A stretch of DNA of 64,000 nt, from assembly GCA_963785725.1 (NCBI GenBank), contig CAWAWS010000026.1, forward strand, positions 96,001 through 160,000, given 5' to 3'. The notes under the pieces are model-generated. The model ran no database searches. It saw only the letters and a list, made by a program, of their open reading frames with translations, and had not been told where the DNA came from. The translations under genes and the position numbers were made by a program. The DNA comes from an uncultured delta proteobacterium (GTDB lineage Bacteria; Myxococcota_A; Polyangia; Palsa-1104). Positions 21,832 through 32,433 of the stretch are shown here, piece after piece (the stretch's first letter is position 1; the number at the start of each line of letters is the position of its first letter).

Positions 21832-21883
21832 TTTTTCTTCGCGTTCGCTAGCAACTTTATTTTCGCTGCGCCGATGACTGGTC

Positions 21884-22330
21884 ATGTTCACCTTCATCGG
21901 GGGCGATCTGCTTCGCTTACTGCTGCTGGGTTTTGCGTTGGCGTTGACGGCGCGCGCGCTGCGACCGGCGGCGACGCTCGGCCGCGCCGGCCCGGTGGCG
22001 CCGTGTGAGGTGCCGATCGAAGTCGTCGGTGTCGGTGTGCGCTGCTTGTCACGCGCCGAGGCGGCGTCGCGCGGCGTCACGGCCGGCGCGGGCATGCCCG
22101 CCGATCGCTGGGCCGCGTGGGCCGTGCCCGTCGATGTCAACCGCGCCAGCGTCGCCGAATTGGCCTCACTCGACGGCATCGGGCCCAAGCTGGCGGCGCG
22201 CATCGTCGCGGCGCGGCCGTTCGTCCGCGTCGACGACGTGGCCCGCGTCGCCGGTGTAGGCCAGCGACGACTGGCACGGCTGCGCCCGAGACTCGTCCTC
22301 GACGATGGCGGGGCTGATCACGTAAGATAG
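21884..22330 (+). CDS. ComEA-like helix-hairpin-helix DNA-binding protein
   Basis: VDVNRAS..EL..LDGIGPKLAARIV...VAGVG; N-terminal hydrophobic segment. Confidence 0.75.
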   Translation: MFTFIGGDLLRLLLLGFALALTARALRPAATLGRAGPVAPCEVPIEVVGVGVRCLSRAEAASRGVTAGAGMPADRWAAWAVPVDVNRASVAELASLDGIGPKLAARIVAARPFVRVDDVARVAGVGQRRLARLRPRLVLDDGGADHVR

Positions 22331-22343
22331 ATCGAGGCAAATC

Positions 22344-25300
22344 ATGGCCGAAGACATCGAGAGGCTGCGCCAGGCGGCGCTGAAGGATCCGTCGCAGCTG
22401 GTGAAGCTGGCCGACGCGCTGGTGGCGCACGATCGCGCCGACGAGGCCGTGCAGACTTGTCGCCGCGGTCTCATGTCGCGGCCGGAGGATATTCCGCTCC
22501 GGCTCGCGCTCGGTCGCGCCCTGTCGGCGACCGGCGAGCTCGAGGAGGCGCAGGCGGCGCTGCTCGACGCCGTCTCGCGTCAACAGAAGGCCAAGGCCGA
22601 CAGCGGTCGCGTCGCGCCGTCCGCTCCGTCGATGGGCGTGCCGGCGCAGCGTCGCCAGCCGATGGAGGCGACGGCGCGCAGCTTGCCCAGCTTCGACCCC
22701 GAAGCCGACGACGAGCCGGCGACGACGGCGCAGAATCGGCCGGCCAAGCTGCAGGAGCTGCGCGGTCGCGGCGCCGAGGCGCAGTCGCGGCGTCTCGAGG
22801 ACGCGACGCCGCTGCCGCCGCGCGTCGACGCGCCGCGCCCGTCGACGCGCCGTCGTGACGAGGTCAACGACGAGCCCGCGCGACGCTCGGCGCGCGAGGA
22901 GCCGCTGCCGCCGCGCGAGGAATACGTGCCGTCGCGAGCGGACGCCCGCGACGTGGCCGCACGGCCGCCGAGCGGTCGGCGTCCGCTGCCGCGGCCGGCC
23001 CCGAACGGCAATGGCAACATCGATCTCGACGCCGTCGCCGACACGCTGTTCGGCGGCGCGCAGCGACGAAGACAGCGACGCCGCCCGCTGGCAGGCCGAA
23101 GTCGACGCGCCGATCGAGCCCGATCCGATGGCGCACGCCTGGGATGCGCGTCGCGCGCGCACGTTCGTGTGGCTCTGGGTCTCGCTGGTGCTGGTTTCCG
23201 GCGGCATCGTCGGCGGCTGGATCTGGCGCGCCAAAGAGAAGACGAAGATGCTCGAGGCGACCGTGGCCCGCGCCGACGCGCGCTCGTTCGAGGCCAGCGA
23301 CGAGTCGGACTTGGCGGCGCGCGAGAATTACGCCGTCGCGCTGCGTGCCGAGCCGCGGCTGCGGAAATATTTCGCGATGGTGGCGCTGGCCGACGCGCGC
23401 CTGGCCGCCGAGCAGGGCGAAGACAGCGACGCCGCCGGCTGGGCCATGCTCAAGCGCGCCGAGCGCGAGAACAAGCTGCATCCGGGGCCGGACGCGCGCG
23501 CCGACCGCGAGCAGCGCCAAGCGCGGGCGCTGTTGGCGTTGGCGCGCGGCGAGGCGTGCCCCGACGACGTCAACCCGGCCGAAGACGGCAACGTCGCCGC
23601 GCGCTGCGCGCTGCAAAAGGGCGACATCGACGGTGCGCGCAAGATCTTGGCGCAGACGGTCTCGGCCAACGGCGAAGCGCAGAGCGTGCGCGCGTTGCTG
23701 ACGCTGGGCTCGCTCGAGCTGGGCGTCGGCGATTTGGATGCCGCGCAGTCGGCCTACGCCAAGGTGTTGACGCTCTATCCGCATCATCCGCGGGCGCTCG
23801 TCGGACGGTCGCTCATCGCGCTCGAACGCAACGAGTCGCCGCCGATCGAGATTCCGCCCGGCCGCTTGGGGCCGACGACCGACGGCTGGTTTCATCTCGC
23901 CGCCGGCCTCAGCGCCATGGGTCGTAGCGCGCCCGAAGCGCAAGTGAAGTTCGAGCTCGACAGCGCCCGCAAAGGCATCGTCCACGACGGGCGATTGGCG
24001 CTCTTGTACGGCCGCGCGCGCCTGACCCAAGGCGAAGTGGGCGAGGCCGAAGAGGCGATGCGCGTCGCCGAGCGGCTCGACCCCAACGATAGCGACGTGG
24101 CCGTGCTCGACGCCGAAGTGGCGCTCGCCAAAGGCTTCGAGGACAAAGTCTCGTCGGCGCTGGCGGCGCGACCGCCGACGCCGCGCAGCTTGGCCGTGCT
24201 CGGCCGGGCGCAGTGCTTGACCGGTCGCTATCGCGAGGCCGCGGCGACGCTGGACGCCGCGTTGGCGCGTCGGCCGGGCGACGCCGTGGCCGTGACCTAT
24301 CGTGCCATCGCCCGCGCACACCTCGGCGACGCGGCCGGCGCCATTCGCGAGCTCGAGAAAGCGGCGACGACGCTCTCGTCGACCGCGCCGCACTACGGAC
24401 TCGGCCTGCTCGCGTACGAGCGGCACGATCTGTTGCGCGCGCGCGGTGAGCTCGGCAAAGCGCTCGAGCACAACTCGGAGTCGTTCCGCGCTCGCGCGCT
24501 CTTGGGCCGCGTGCTGCGCGATCTCGGCAAGCCGCGCGAGGCGTTGGCCGAGCTCGACGTCGTTCTACGACAGGCGCCGGCGCTCATGTCGGCGCACGCG
24601 GCGCGCGCCCGGCTCTATCTCGACCTCGGTCGGCTGCGCGAGGCGCGCACCGACGCGCGCAGCGTCATCGACTCCGGCCGCGCCACCGCCGACGACAAGC
24701 TCGCCTATGCCGAAGCCACCATCCGCCTCGGTCACGCCGACGAAGGCGAGCGCGCGCTCAAGGACGCGCTCGACGCGGGCGCGTTGGCGTCGCGCACGGC
24801 GCGTTTGCGGCTGGTCTTGCAGTCGTGGCGCGGTCCGAAAGAGGCGCTGTTGGCGGCAAAGGCGATGGAGAAGGAGCGTCACGGCCCGGCCGCCGGCGAC
24901 GCGCAGCTGGCCATCGACGCCGCCGACGCTTGGCGTCGCGGCGGCGATCTGCGGAACGCACAGGCCGACGATCGGGCGGCGCTCTTCGGCGATCCGCTGC
25001 ACGCCAACTTGGGGCTCGGCCGCATCGCGCTCGGCAGCGGTCAACGCGACGAGGCGGAGCAGTCGTTCCGCGCGGCGCTGGCGGCGTGGGACAAAGGCGC
25101 GTTCGCCGTCGACGATCAGACCGAAGCGCGCATCGGCTTGGCGCGCACGCTCTTGCAGCGCGATCCGAAGAGCAAAGAGGCCGTCGCGACGCTCGAGGCC
25201 GCCATCAAGGACGACTTCAGCGACGCCGAGGCGCATTTGTGGCTCGCGCGCGCCTACAACGACGGCGGCAACGGCACGCAGGCGCGCGTTCAGGCCGACA

Positions 25301-25470
25301 AAGCCATCGAGCTCGACGACAGCTACGCCGAGGCCTTCGCGCTCGACGGCGACCTGTGGCGCGGCTCCAGCCGCGACAAGGCGCGCAAAGCCTACAAGCG
25401 CTACCTCGAGCTCAGCCCCAACGGCGAGCAAGCCAAGAACGTCAAGCGTTCGCTGGCGCAGCTCCGCTGA
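22344..25470 (+). CDS. Large bitopic TPR protein, frameshifted near 23060
   Basis: N-terminal TPR plus low-complexity linker (22344 frame), then TM FVWLWVSLVLV and many TPRs (22855 frame). Confidence 0.7.
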
Positions 25471-25545
25471 CGCCGAGCCCACCACGTTCGCTCGGCCGAC
25501 AACCGTAAACGTTGCTTCGGCTCGTCCGCTGCGTTGGCCGCAGGA

Positions 25546-26229
25546 TCAGGCGACCGGGCGCGGTGCTCGCGGCGCGCGGGACTGCGACGTCGGAAACCGC
25601 CCGAGGTGCCGGCGCCAACGCCAAACGAGCGTCAGCTCGACCGCGATGATGACGAAGTACCAACGCGACACGCCATCGCTGATGCCGATCGGAATGCGGG
25701 CGCTCAGCGCGTTCCAGGCGACCAAGCTCGACCAGCCGATGAGCCCGCCGACGACGTAGCGCCAGATCAGCCGCAGCGCGACGGCGCGGCGGAGCGCCCG
25801 GAAAGCAACGACGAGCGGCGGTAGGGCGATGACGAGCAACAAGCCCGCTTCGATGACCCAAGCGGCGGCGCCCGGCGGTAGCAGCCGCTGCCGCAGCGCG
25901 CGCTCGTCGCCCGTGAACAGCGACGACAGGAGCCGCGACCAGGTGAGCTGCGCGAATATCACCGCCACGCCGAACGCGTGACGGCCCTGCGCGACGATCG
26001 CGACGCCGAGCCACGCCAGTCCGTACGTCAACAGCGGGCCCGCCGCGGTGACGATGGCCGTCTTCGGTCCCGCACAGCCCGGTGCGAGCGAGAAGACCCA
26101 GAAGGTCACTTCGCCCCAGTCGCCGCAGACGATTCGGCCGACCAGATGATGAAACAGCTCGTGCGCGTGGCTCGACAAATCCGCGAGCAACACGAAGCCG
26201 AGCCAATAGCGCCAGTCGAAGTCGCGCAC
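25546..26229 (-). CDS. Hypothetical membrane protein, M50-peptidase-like
   Basis: HELFHH (HExxH) plus AAGP motif and several TM helices. Confidence 0.55.
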   Translation of the reverse strand: MRDFDWRYWLGFVLLADLSSHAHELFHHLVGRIVCGDWGEVTFWVFSLAPGCAGPKTAIVTAAGPLLTYGLAWLGVAIVAQGRHAFGVAVIFAQLTWSRLLSSLFTGDERALRQRLLPPGAAAWVIEAGLLLVIALPPLVVAFRALRRAVALRLIWRYVVGGLIGWSSLVAWNALSARIPIGISDGVSRWYFVIIAVELTLVWRWRRHLGRFPTSQSRAPRAPRPVA

Positions 26230-26374
26230 GCTCGCAGCAGGCTAGCGGATCGGCGTCGCCCGCACGGTGGCCGCAGTCACGTCGCGACAGAATGAGCGCG
26301 AGCGCGCGTCGCTGACCGGGCCGGCGCGAAGGTACTTCAAGTAATACGTCAGCAGTGGCGGTGAAGCTGTTGGA

Positions 26375-26971
26375 TTAGCGGCGATCTTTGGCGACGACGT
26401 ACTGCTCGATCGATTCCTTCCGCGAGCCCGCCGGCTTGACCGTCTTGACCTCGCGGAACCCCTCGCGCGCCCGCAGAATCAGCCGCTGCCAATCGGGCCC
26501 TTGGAAGAGCTTGCCGACGAAGTGGCCATGCTGCGCCAGCGTCAGCTCCGCTATTTCCAGCGCGCGCTCGAACAGCCCCTCCGAGCGCGCCTGATCGAGC
26601 GACCGCACGCCCGTCGTATCCGGCGCCATGTCCGACAGGACGACGTCGAAGCCATCGAGCGACCCCTTCAGCTCGGCCACGTCGACGGTGAACACGTCGC
26701 CGACGACGATGCGCGAGTTCGGCACCGGCTGATCGAGCGGCGTGCGATCGATGCCGACGAGCGCACCCTCCGGCCCGACCATGCTGCCGGCATACTGCAG
26801 CCACGAGCCGGGCCGACAGCCGAGGTCGAGCACGCGCTGCCCCTTGCGGAGCAGCTTGTGCTTTTGATCAATCTCTTCGAGCTTGAAGACCGAGCGCGCG
26901 ACGAAGCCTTGCTGCTTCGCACGCCGGTGGAAGACGTCGTGTCGGTGGGATTTGTCGCCGAGCTTGGACAT
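26375..26971 (-). CDS. rlmE: 23S rRNA Um2552 methyltransferase RlmE/FtsJ
   Basis: [30 protein letters not shown] tetrad. Confidence 0.92.
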   Translation of the reverse strand: MSKLGDKSHRHDVFHRRAKQQGFVARSVFKLEEIDQKHKLLRKGQRVLDLGCRPGSWLQYAGSMVGPEGALVGIDRTPLDQPVPNSRIVVGDVFTVDVAELKGSLDGFDVVLSDMAPDTTGVRSLDQARSEGLFERALEIAELTLAQHGHFVGKLFQGPDWQRLILRAREGFREVKTVKPAGSRKESIEQYVVAKDRR

Positions 26972-27004
26972 CGACTACGACGGGTCGTGCTGCGCGACGA
27001 AGTG

Positions 27005-27768
27005 CTACTTCTTGGCCGGCTTCGGCTTGGCCGAGCCCGCGCCCGCCTTCGACGCCTTCATCGGGTTCTTCGACTTGACCTCGGCTTCGCCCTGGCCCTT
27101 GAGCTTGACCTTCATCCCCGCCTTCTTCTTGGCGTTGCGGATGACGACGAAGCCGTTGCGGGCGCCCGGGATCGAGCCCTGGATCAACAGGAGATTGTTC
27201 GTCTCGTCGATCTCGAGGAGCACCAGGTTCTGCACCGTCTTCTTGACGTCACCCATGTGACCGCCCATGCGCTTGCCCTTGTGGACGTTGCCGGGGGTCA
27301 AGCGGCAGCCGATCGAGCCGCCGTGACGGAAGAACTCGTGCGTACCGTGCGTGGCGCGGAAGCCGGGCATGTGATGGCGCTTCATGACGCCCTGGAAGCC
27401 CTTGCCCTTCGACACGCCCTCGACGTCGATGTACGAGCAGCGGCGAGAACACCGTCGCCAACGGCGACCTGCTTGCCAATTTCGTACTTGTCGAGATCGG
27501 CCGCCTCGAGACGGACCTCGCGGACGAAGCGCTGCGGCGGGACGCCGGCCTTGGTGAACAGGCCCAGCTCCGGCTTCTTCGTGCGCTTGAGCAGCTTCTC
27601 GCCGAACCCGAGCTTGACGGCGGCGTAGCCGTTGCGATCGGGCGTGATCTTATCGAGGACCACGCACGGACCGGCGTGAACCGCGGTCACCGGCGAACGA
27701 TCGCCCGTGGCGGTGAAGATCGAGGTCATTCCCAGCTTTTTGCCCAACAGACCAGTGCGAAACGGCAT
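27005..27768 (-). CDS. rplC: 50S ribosomal protein L3, with indels near 27430-27455
   Basis: GLLGKKLGMT, GYAAVKLG, SKGKGFQGVMKRH, GSIG..TPG.V.KGKRMGGHMG. Confidence 0.93.
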
Positions 27769-27796
27769 GACTTACGGCTCCCGAAATGAGGGTGGA

Positions 27797-27825
27797 AAGC
27801 TACTTCCCGACCCGTGACTTGTCAA
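27797..27825 (-). promoter_or_regulatory. sigma70 promoter of rplC-rlmE
   Basis: Minus strand TTGACA-17 nt-TAGCTT. Confidence 0.7.
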
Positions 27826-27854
27826 CCACTTAGTGAATCCGCGTCCGATACGTT

Positions 27855-28648
27855 CTAGATGCGAAACAGCGCGCGTGCATTGCTGCGTCGTCGCCGCGGC
27901 GAAGCTCTTCATAGTCGATGCCGCGCAAGCTCGCAACAACCTGCGCAGTATGCGTGACGTAAGCGGGTTCATTACGCTTTCCGCGCAGCGGCACCGGCGC
28001 CAAGAACGGGCAGTCGGTCTCGACGAGCAGGCGATCGAGCGGCACCCACGCCGCGGCCTCGCGGATGTTCACCGCGCTCTTGAACGTCACGACGCCCGAC
28101 AAGCTGATGTGGAAGCCGAGCTCGACGTAGCGCTTGGCGTCCGCGAGATCGCCGGTGAAGCAGTGGATGACGCCGCCGACCTCGCGCGCGCCGTCCGCCT
28201 CCAAGATGCGCACGGTGTCGTCGTGCGCGTCGCGAACATGCAGCGATAACGGCTTCTTGGCGCGCTTGGCGATGGCGATGAAGTCGCCGAGGCCGCGCTG
28301 CTGCTCGTCCTCTGTCGAGTGCATATAATGATAGTCGAGCCCGGTCTCGCCCACGGCCACGACGCGCGGATGCGACATCGCCAGCCGCTCGATCTCGCTC
28401 ATCGCGCCCGCGGGGATGCGGCCGGCGTCGTGCGGATGGATGCCGACGGCGGCCCAAATGTCGGCGTGCGCCTCGGCCATGGCGATCGCGGTGCGGACCT
28501 CGTCGAGGCCGGCGCCGGAGCCGACGCACACGAACGCTTCGACCCCGGCGGCGCGGGCGCGGGCGAGCACGTCGTCGCGCTCATCGCTGCCGTCGTCGCG
28601 GCGGAAGTCCTTGGCCTCCAAGTGGCAGTGCGAATCAATGAGCGGCAT
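27855..28648 (-). CDS. tatD: TatD family DNase (C-terminal indels near 27880-27905)
   Basis: IDSHCHL, GIHPH, GETGLDY, HCFTG, ETDCPFLAP; removing two bases restores ELAAATTRNARALFRI*. Confidence 0.92.
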
Positions 28649-29504
28649 GCGCCAAATCCGATAGCACGCTTTGGGCGAGGCCACGCACGTCGTCGCGGCT
28701 GGCGCGCGCGGCGCGCCGCAAGTGGACGAGGCCGCGATCGTCGCCGGCGCGCGCCAAGGCCTCGGCCGCACGCACTTTGACGAGCGGATCGCCGAGCCAG
28801 CGCTCGACGGCGTGGCCGAGCGCCGCTGTCGCCGCCGCGTCGCCGCCGATGCCGAGCTTGGCCAGCGCCGTGGCCGCGTCGAGCGCGCGATTGCGATCGC
28901 CGAGCGCCCGCACCAGCGACGGCAGGCCGCGCCGATCGCCGAGCCGCGCCAACGCCAACGACGCTTCGTGCCGGACGTCGTCGTTGTCGTCGAGCAGGCG
29001 CGCCAAGCGATCGCCGTGCACGCGGTCGCCCGAGTCGCCCAGCGCCGCCGCCACCTGCGCGCGCACTTTGCCGTCGCGGTCGTCGGCGAGCGGCAGGATG
29101 ACGACGGCAGCGCGCGCGGCGTCGATCTCGGTCAGCGATGCGATCGCCTGAAAGCGCACCTCCGGCGCCGGCGACGACAACGCCGACGCCAGCGCCGACC
29201 AGGCGCGCTCGCCACCGCCGGGCCCGAGCTGCCCGAGCGCGATCGCCGAGGCTTCGCGGCACAAGGGCTCGTCGTCACCGAGGTGGGCGATGATGACGTC
29301 GGCGCCGCCGGCCGCGCCCAGCTCGCCGAGCGACAACAGGGCCGCGTAGCGCACCGACGGATGCGCATCGTCGGCCGCGCGCACGAGCGCCGTCAGCGCG
29401 ATGGGGATCTCGGCATCGGCGACGCGACCGAGCGCGTCGGCCGCCTGCGCGCGCACGCGCGGATCTTTATGCTCGAGATCGCGTAACGCGGCGTCGGTAT
29501 ACAT
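28635..29504 (-). CDS. HEAT/PBS-lyase repeat protein
   Basis: Repeated D..P.VR..AA.ALG units. Confidence 0.8.
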   Translation of the reverse strand: MYTDAALRDLEHKDPRVRAQAADALGRVADAEIPIALTALVRAADDAHPSVRYAALLSLGELGAAGGADVIIAHLGDDEPLCREASAIALGQLGPGGGERAWSALASALSSPAPEVRFQAIASLTEIDAARAAVVILPLADDRDGKVRAQVAAALGDSGDRVHGDRLARLLDDNDDVRHEASLALARLGDRRGLPSLVRALGDRNRALDAATALAKLGIGGDAAATAALGHAVERWLGDPLVKVRAAEALARAGDDRGLVHLRRAARASRDDVRGLAQSVLSDLAHAAH

Positions 29505-29518
29505 CAGCGGCGACTTTC

Positions 29519-29572
29519 AATACTGAAGTACATGCTTCACTATCGCTCGGGAATACTGAAGTCGTTGCTTCA
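29519..29572. repeat. Tandem 21-bp repeat, each copy containing a TGAAG-N6-CTTCA palindrome (putative operator)
   Basis: AATACTGAAGTACATGCTTCA (29519-29539) and AATACTGAAGTCGTTGCTTCA (29552-29572), 33-bp period. Confidence 0.7.
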
Positions 29573-30043
29573 GTGTGTGTTGGGGCTGCCGCCGCCGAGC
29601 GCCGCGCGGTCGAGCCGCTCGACGTCGTGCACGCGATCGGCCGGCACCGCCGCCAGCATGCGCGCGCACAGCTCGGCCTGCGCGCCGAAGCGGAAGCCGA
29701 AGCCGTTGCGCGGCGGCACGAAGAGGTTGCGGCCGACGTCGCCGCAATCGGCGTAGAACGCCTGCTCTTTGCGATCGATGCGCACCGATTGCACCTCGGA
29801 CCAGGCGACGCGCAGCTTCTCGCGGCCGCGCTGCTCGATGGCCCAGCCGGCGTCGTCGACGAGCAGCACCGGCCGTTGGCGGCGCTGCCACAGCCAAGCG
29901 ACGCAGGCGAGGATCGCGAACCAGCCGGCCAAGAGGCGCCCGGTCACCGCGTGCGCCGCGACGACGCCGCCGATGGCCATCACCACCGACAAGGGCAAGA
30001 GCCACGCGGCCGACGCCACGAGCGGATGGCGCGACGGCGCCAC
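29570..30043 (-). CDS. Hypothetical membrane protein
   Basis: Two N-terminal TM segments plus a small beta-rich domain; packed in the operon. Confidence 0.55.
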   Translation of the reverse strand: MAPSRHPLVASAAWLLPLSVVMAIGGVVAAHAVTGRLLAGWFAILACVAWLWQRRQRPVLLVDDAGWAIEQRGREKLRVAWSEVQSVRIDRKEQAFYADCGDVGRNLFVPPRNGFGFRFGAQAELCARMLAAVPADRVHDVERLDRAALGGGSPNTH

Positions 30044-30044
30044 G

Positions 30045-30509
30045 TCAGACCAAGAGCGCCACGCGGCGGGCGATCTCCAGGCGCGCTTCCATCGAGATCC
30101 ACTCGAAGATGAGGCCGAAGCCGGCGCCGAGCGTGACCGGCGCGCCCGACGCGCGCGTGACCGTGCACGCCGCCGTGCGCCGCCACAAGACCCAGCCGAC
30201 GATGTCGATGGGCTTGAACGACGGCACGTCGATCGTCATGGCCACGCGCGACAACAGCGGCAGCGGCTCACCCTCGACGAACGCGCCGTTGACCGACAAG
30301 TCGCGCAGCGTGCCGACGAAGCGCTTGCCGACCTCGGTCGGATCGGCGTGCACGCGCTCGTAGACCGCCGCCAGCGCCGGGTGCAGCTGCTGCTCGATGG
30401 CGCTCGTCTTCTCGCACTGCACTTCCCAGGCGACTTCGATGCGCGCGTCGCGACGCTTGAAGCGTTTGATGCTGCTGTTGCCGTCGCCGTTGGACTCGCC
30501 GTTGTTCAT
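30045..30509 (-). CDS. PilZ domain protein
   Basis: RRDAR (RxxxR) and DLSVNG (D/NxSxxG) c-di-GMP motifs; start overlaps the metG stop. Confidence 0.75.
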   Translation of the reverse strand: MNNGESNGDGNSSIKRFKRRDARIEVAWEVQCEKTSAIEQQLHPALAAVYERVHADPTEVGKRFVGTLRDLSVNGAFVEGEPLPLLSRVAMTIDVPSFKPIDIVGWVLWRRTAACTVTRASGAPVTLGAGFGLIFEWISMEARLEIARRVALLV

Positions 30510-32432
30510 CAGCGCACCTTTGTCCCGGGTGGAACTTCGCGATCGAGGGCGGACAGTCCGAGGATCTTGTCGTCGCCGGCGGCCAGGATCATGCCCTGCG
30601 ACTCGACGCCGCGGATCGTGGCCGGCTGCAAATTGGCGACGAAGATGACGCTCTTGCCGACCAGCGTCTCGGGCGGATAGGCCTCGGCGATGCCGGCCAC
30701 CACCTGCCGCGACTCGCCGCCGACGTCGACGGTGAGCTTGAGCAGCTTCTTGGCCTTCGGGATCGCTTCGGCGGCCACGACCTTGGCGACGCGCAGGTCG
30801 ACTTGGCCGAACTGCTCGAAGGTGATGCGGCCGTCGCTGCCGGCCGCGATCGTCGTCGTCGCGCTCGGCGCGGCCGCGGCTTTGGGCGCAGCCGCCGCCG
30901 TCGCCGCGACGTGGCTCGCGCGCCAACGGTCGAGCAGCTCCTTCTTTTGATCGGGCTCGACGCGCGGAAAGAGCGGCGTGCCCACGAGCGGCGAGAACCC
31001 GCGCGCGCTCCACGTCGGCCAGGCCGTCTTCTCCTCGAGGCCGAGCTGCGCCCGCAACGCCAGCGCGCGCTCGGGTAAAAACGGCTCGAGCAGATGCGAC
31101 AGCACGCGCAGCAGCTCGAGCACGTTGCCGAGGATCTCGGCGCGCGGCGACGTCGGCTTCCACGGCGCCTGCTCGTCGATGTAGCCGTTGCCGCGGCGCA
31201 CGAGGATCCACAGCTCTTCGAGCGCGCGCGACGGCTGAAACGTCTTCATCAGCTCGCTGAAGTTGTTCTTGTGCTGCTCGAGGTCGAACGGATCGATCGC
31301 GGCCGATTGCGGCGGCAGGCCGTACTTGTGCACCATCCCGAGCGTGCGGTTGAGCAGGTTGCCGAAGTCGTTGGCGAGCTCGCTGTTGTAGCGCTGGATG
31401 AACGCCTCGTGGTTGAAGTCGCCGTCGACGCCGAGCGGCACCTCGCGCAAGAGGAAATAGCGCAGCGCGTCGACACCCAGGTCGTTGGCCAGCTTCAGCG
31501 GATCGACGACGTTGCCGAGCGTCTTCGACATCTTCTCGCCGTCGACGGTCCACCAGCCGTGCGCGAACACCGTCGTCGGCAGGCGCCAGCCGGCCGCCAA
31601 CAGGAACGCCGGCCAATAGACCGCATGGAAGCGCGAAATCTCTTTGCCGATGACGTGGACGATCTGCGACTGCTCCGGCGAATCCTTGTCGGGCCAGAAC
31701 TGCTTGGCGTGCGCGCTGCGCCGCGTGGCCGAGTAGTAGTTCGTCAGCGCGTCGAGCCAGACGTAGACGACGTGTTTCGTCGTAGCCGGGAACGGGGACG
31801 CCCCACGCGAAGGTCGTGCGCGAGATCGACAGGTCGCGCAGCCCTTCTTTGACGAACGCCGCGACTTCGTTGCGCCGATTGGCCGGCTGAATGAACTCGG
31901 GATGCCGCTCGTAGAGCTCGAGCAGCGGCTGCGTGAACTTCGACAGCGCGAAGTAGAACGACTTCTCTTTGACGAGCTCCACCGGCCGCTTGTGATCGGG
32001 GCAAATGTTCCCCGGCAACAGCTCTTTCTCGGTGTAGAAGCGCTCGCACGAGACGCAGTACCAGCCTTCGTAGTCGCCCTCGTAGATGAAGCCGTTCTTG
32101 TCGAGATCGCGCCACAGCTGCTGGACCGTGGCTTCGTGATCGGCGTCGGTCGTGCGGATGAAGTCGTCGTTCGAGACCTCGAGCGCCTTCCACGTCGCGC
32201 GATAGGCGTCGGCGAACTTGTCGGCGTAGTGGCGCGGCGTGACCTGCGCCGTCTCGGCCAGGCGCGCGATCTTCTGGCCGTGCTCGTCGGTGCCGGTGAG
32301 GAACATCGTGTCGTCGCCGCGCAGGCGGTGATAGCGCGCGAGCGCGTCGCAGACGATCGTCGTGTAGGCGTGGCCGATATGCGGCACATCGGAGACGTAA
32401 TAAATCGGCGTCGTGACGTAGAAGCGGGACAT
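30509..32432 (-). CDS. metG: Methionine--tRNA ligase, frameshifted near 31775
   Basis: HIGH, GTDEHGQK, YVWLDAL, KMSKT, C-terminal tRNA-binding domain. Confidence 0.95.
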
Positions 32433-32433
32433 G

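Noticed and set aside
25471..25545. REP-like element between convergent genes
   Set aside because: Weak pairing and not repeated in the window
29519..29572. Mini CRISPR array
   Set aside because: Only two 21-bp copies with a 12-bp spacer and no cas genes
31760..31800. Programmed frameshift giving a MetG-PilZ fusion (ORF 30045..32432)
   Set aside because: The intervening frame is nonsense-like, there is no slippery site, and the PilZ gene has its own ATG; a simple indel explains it
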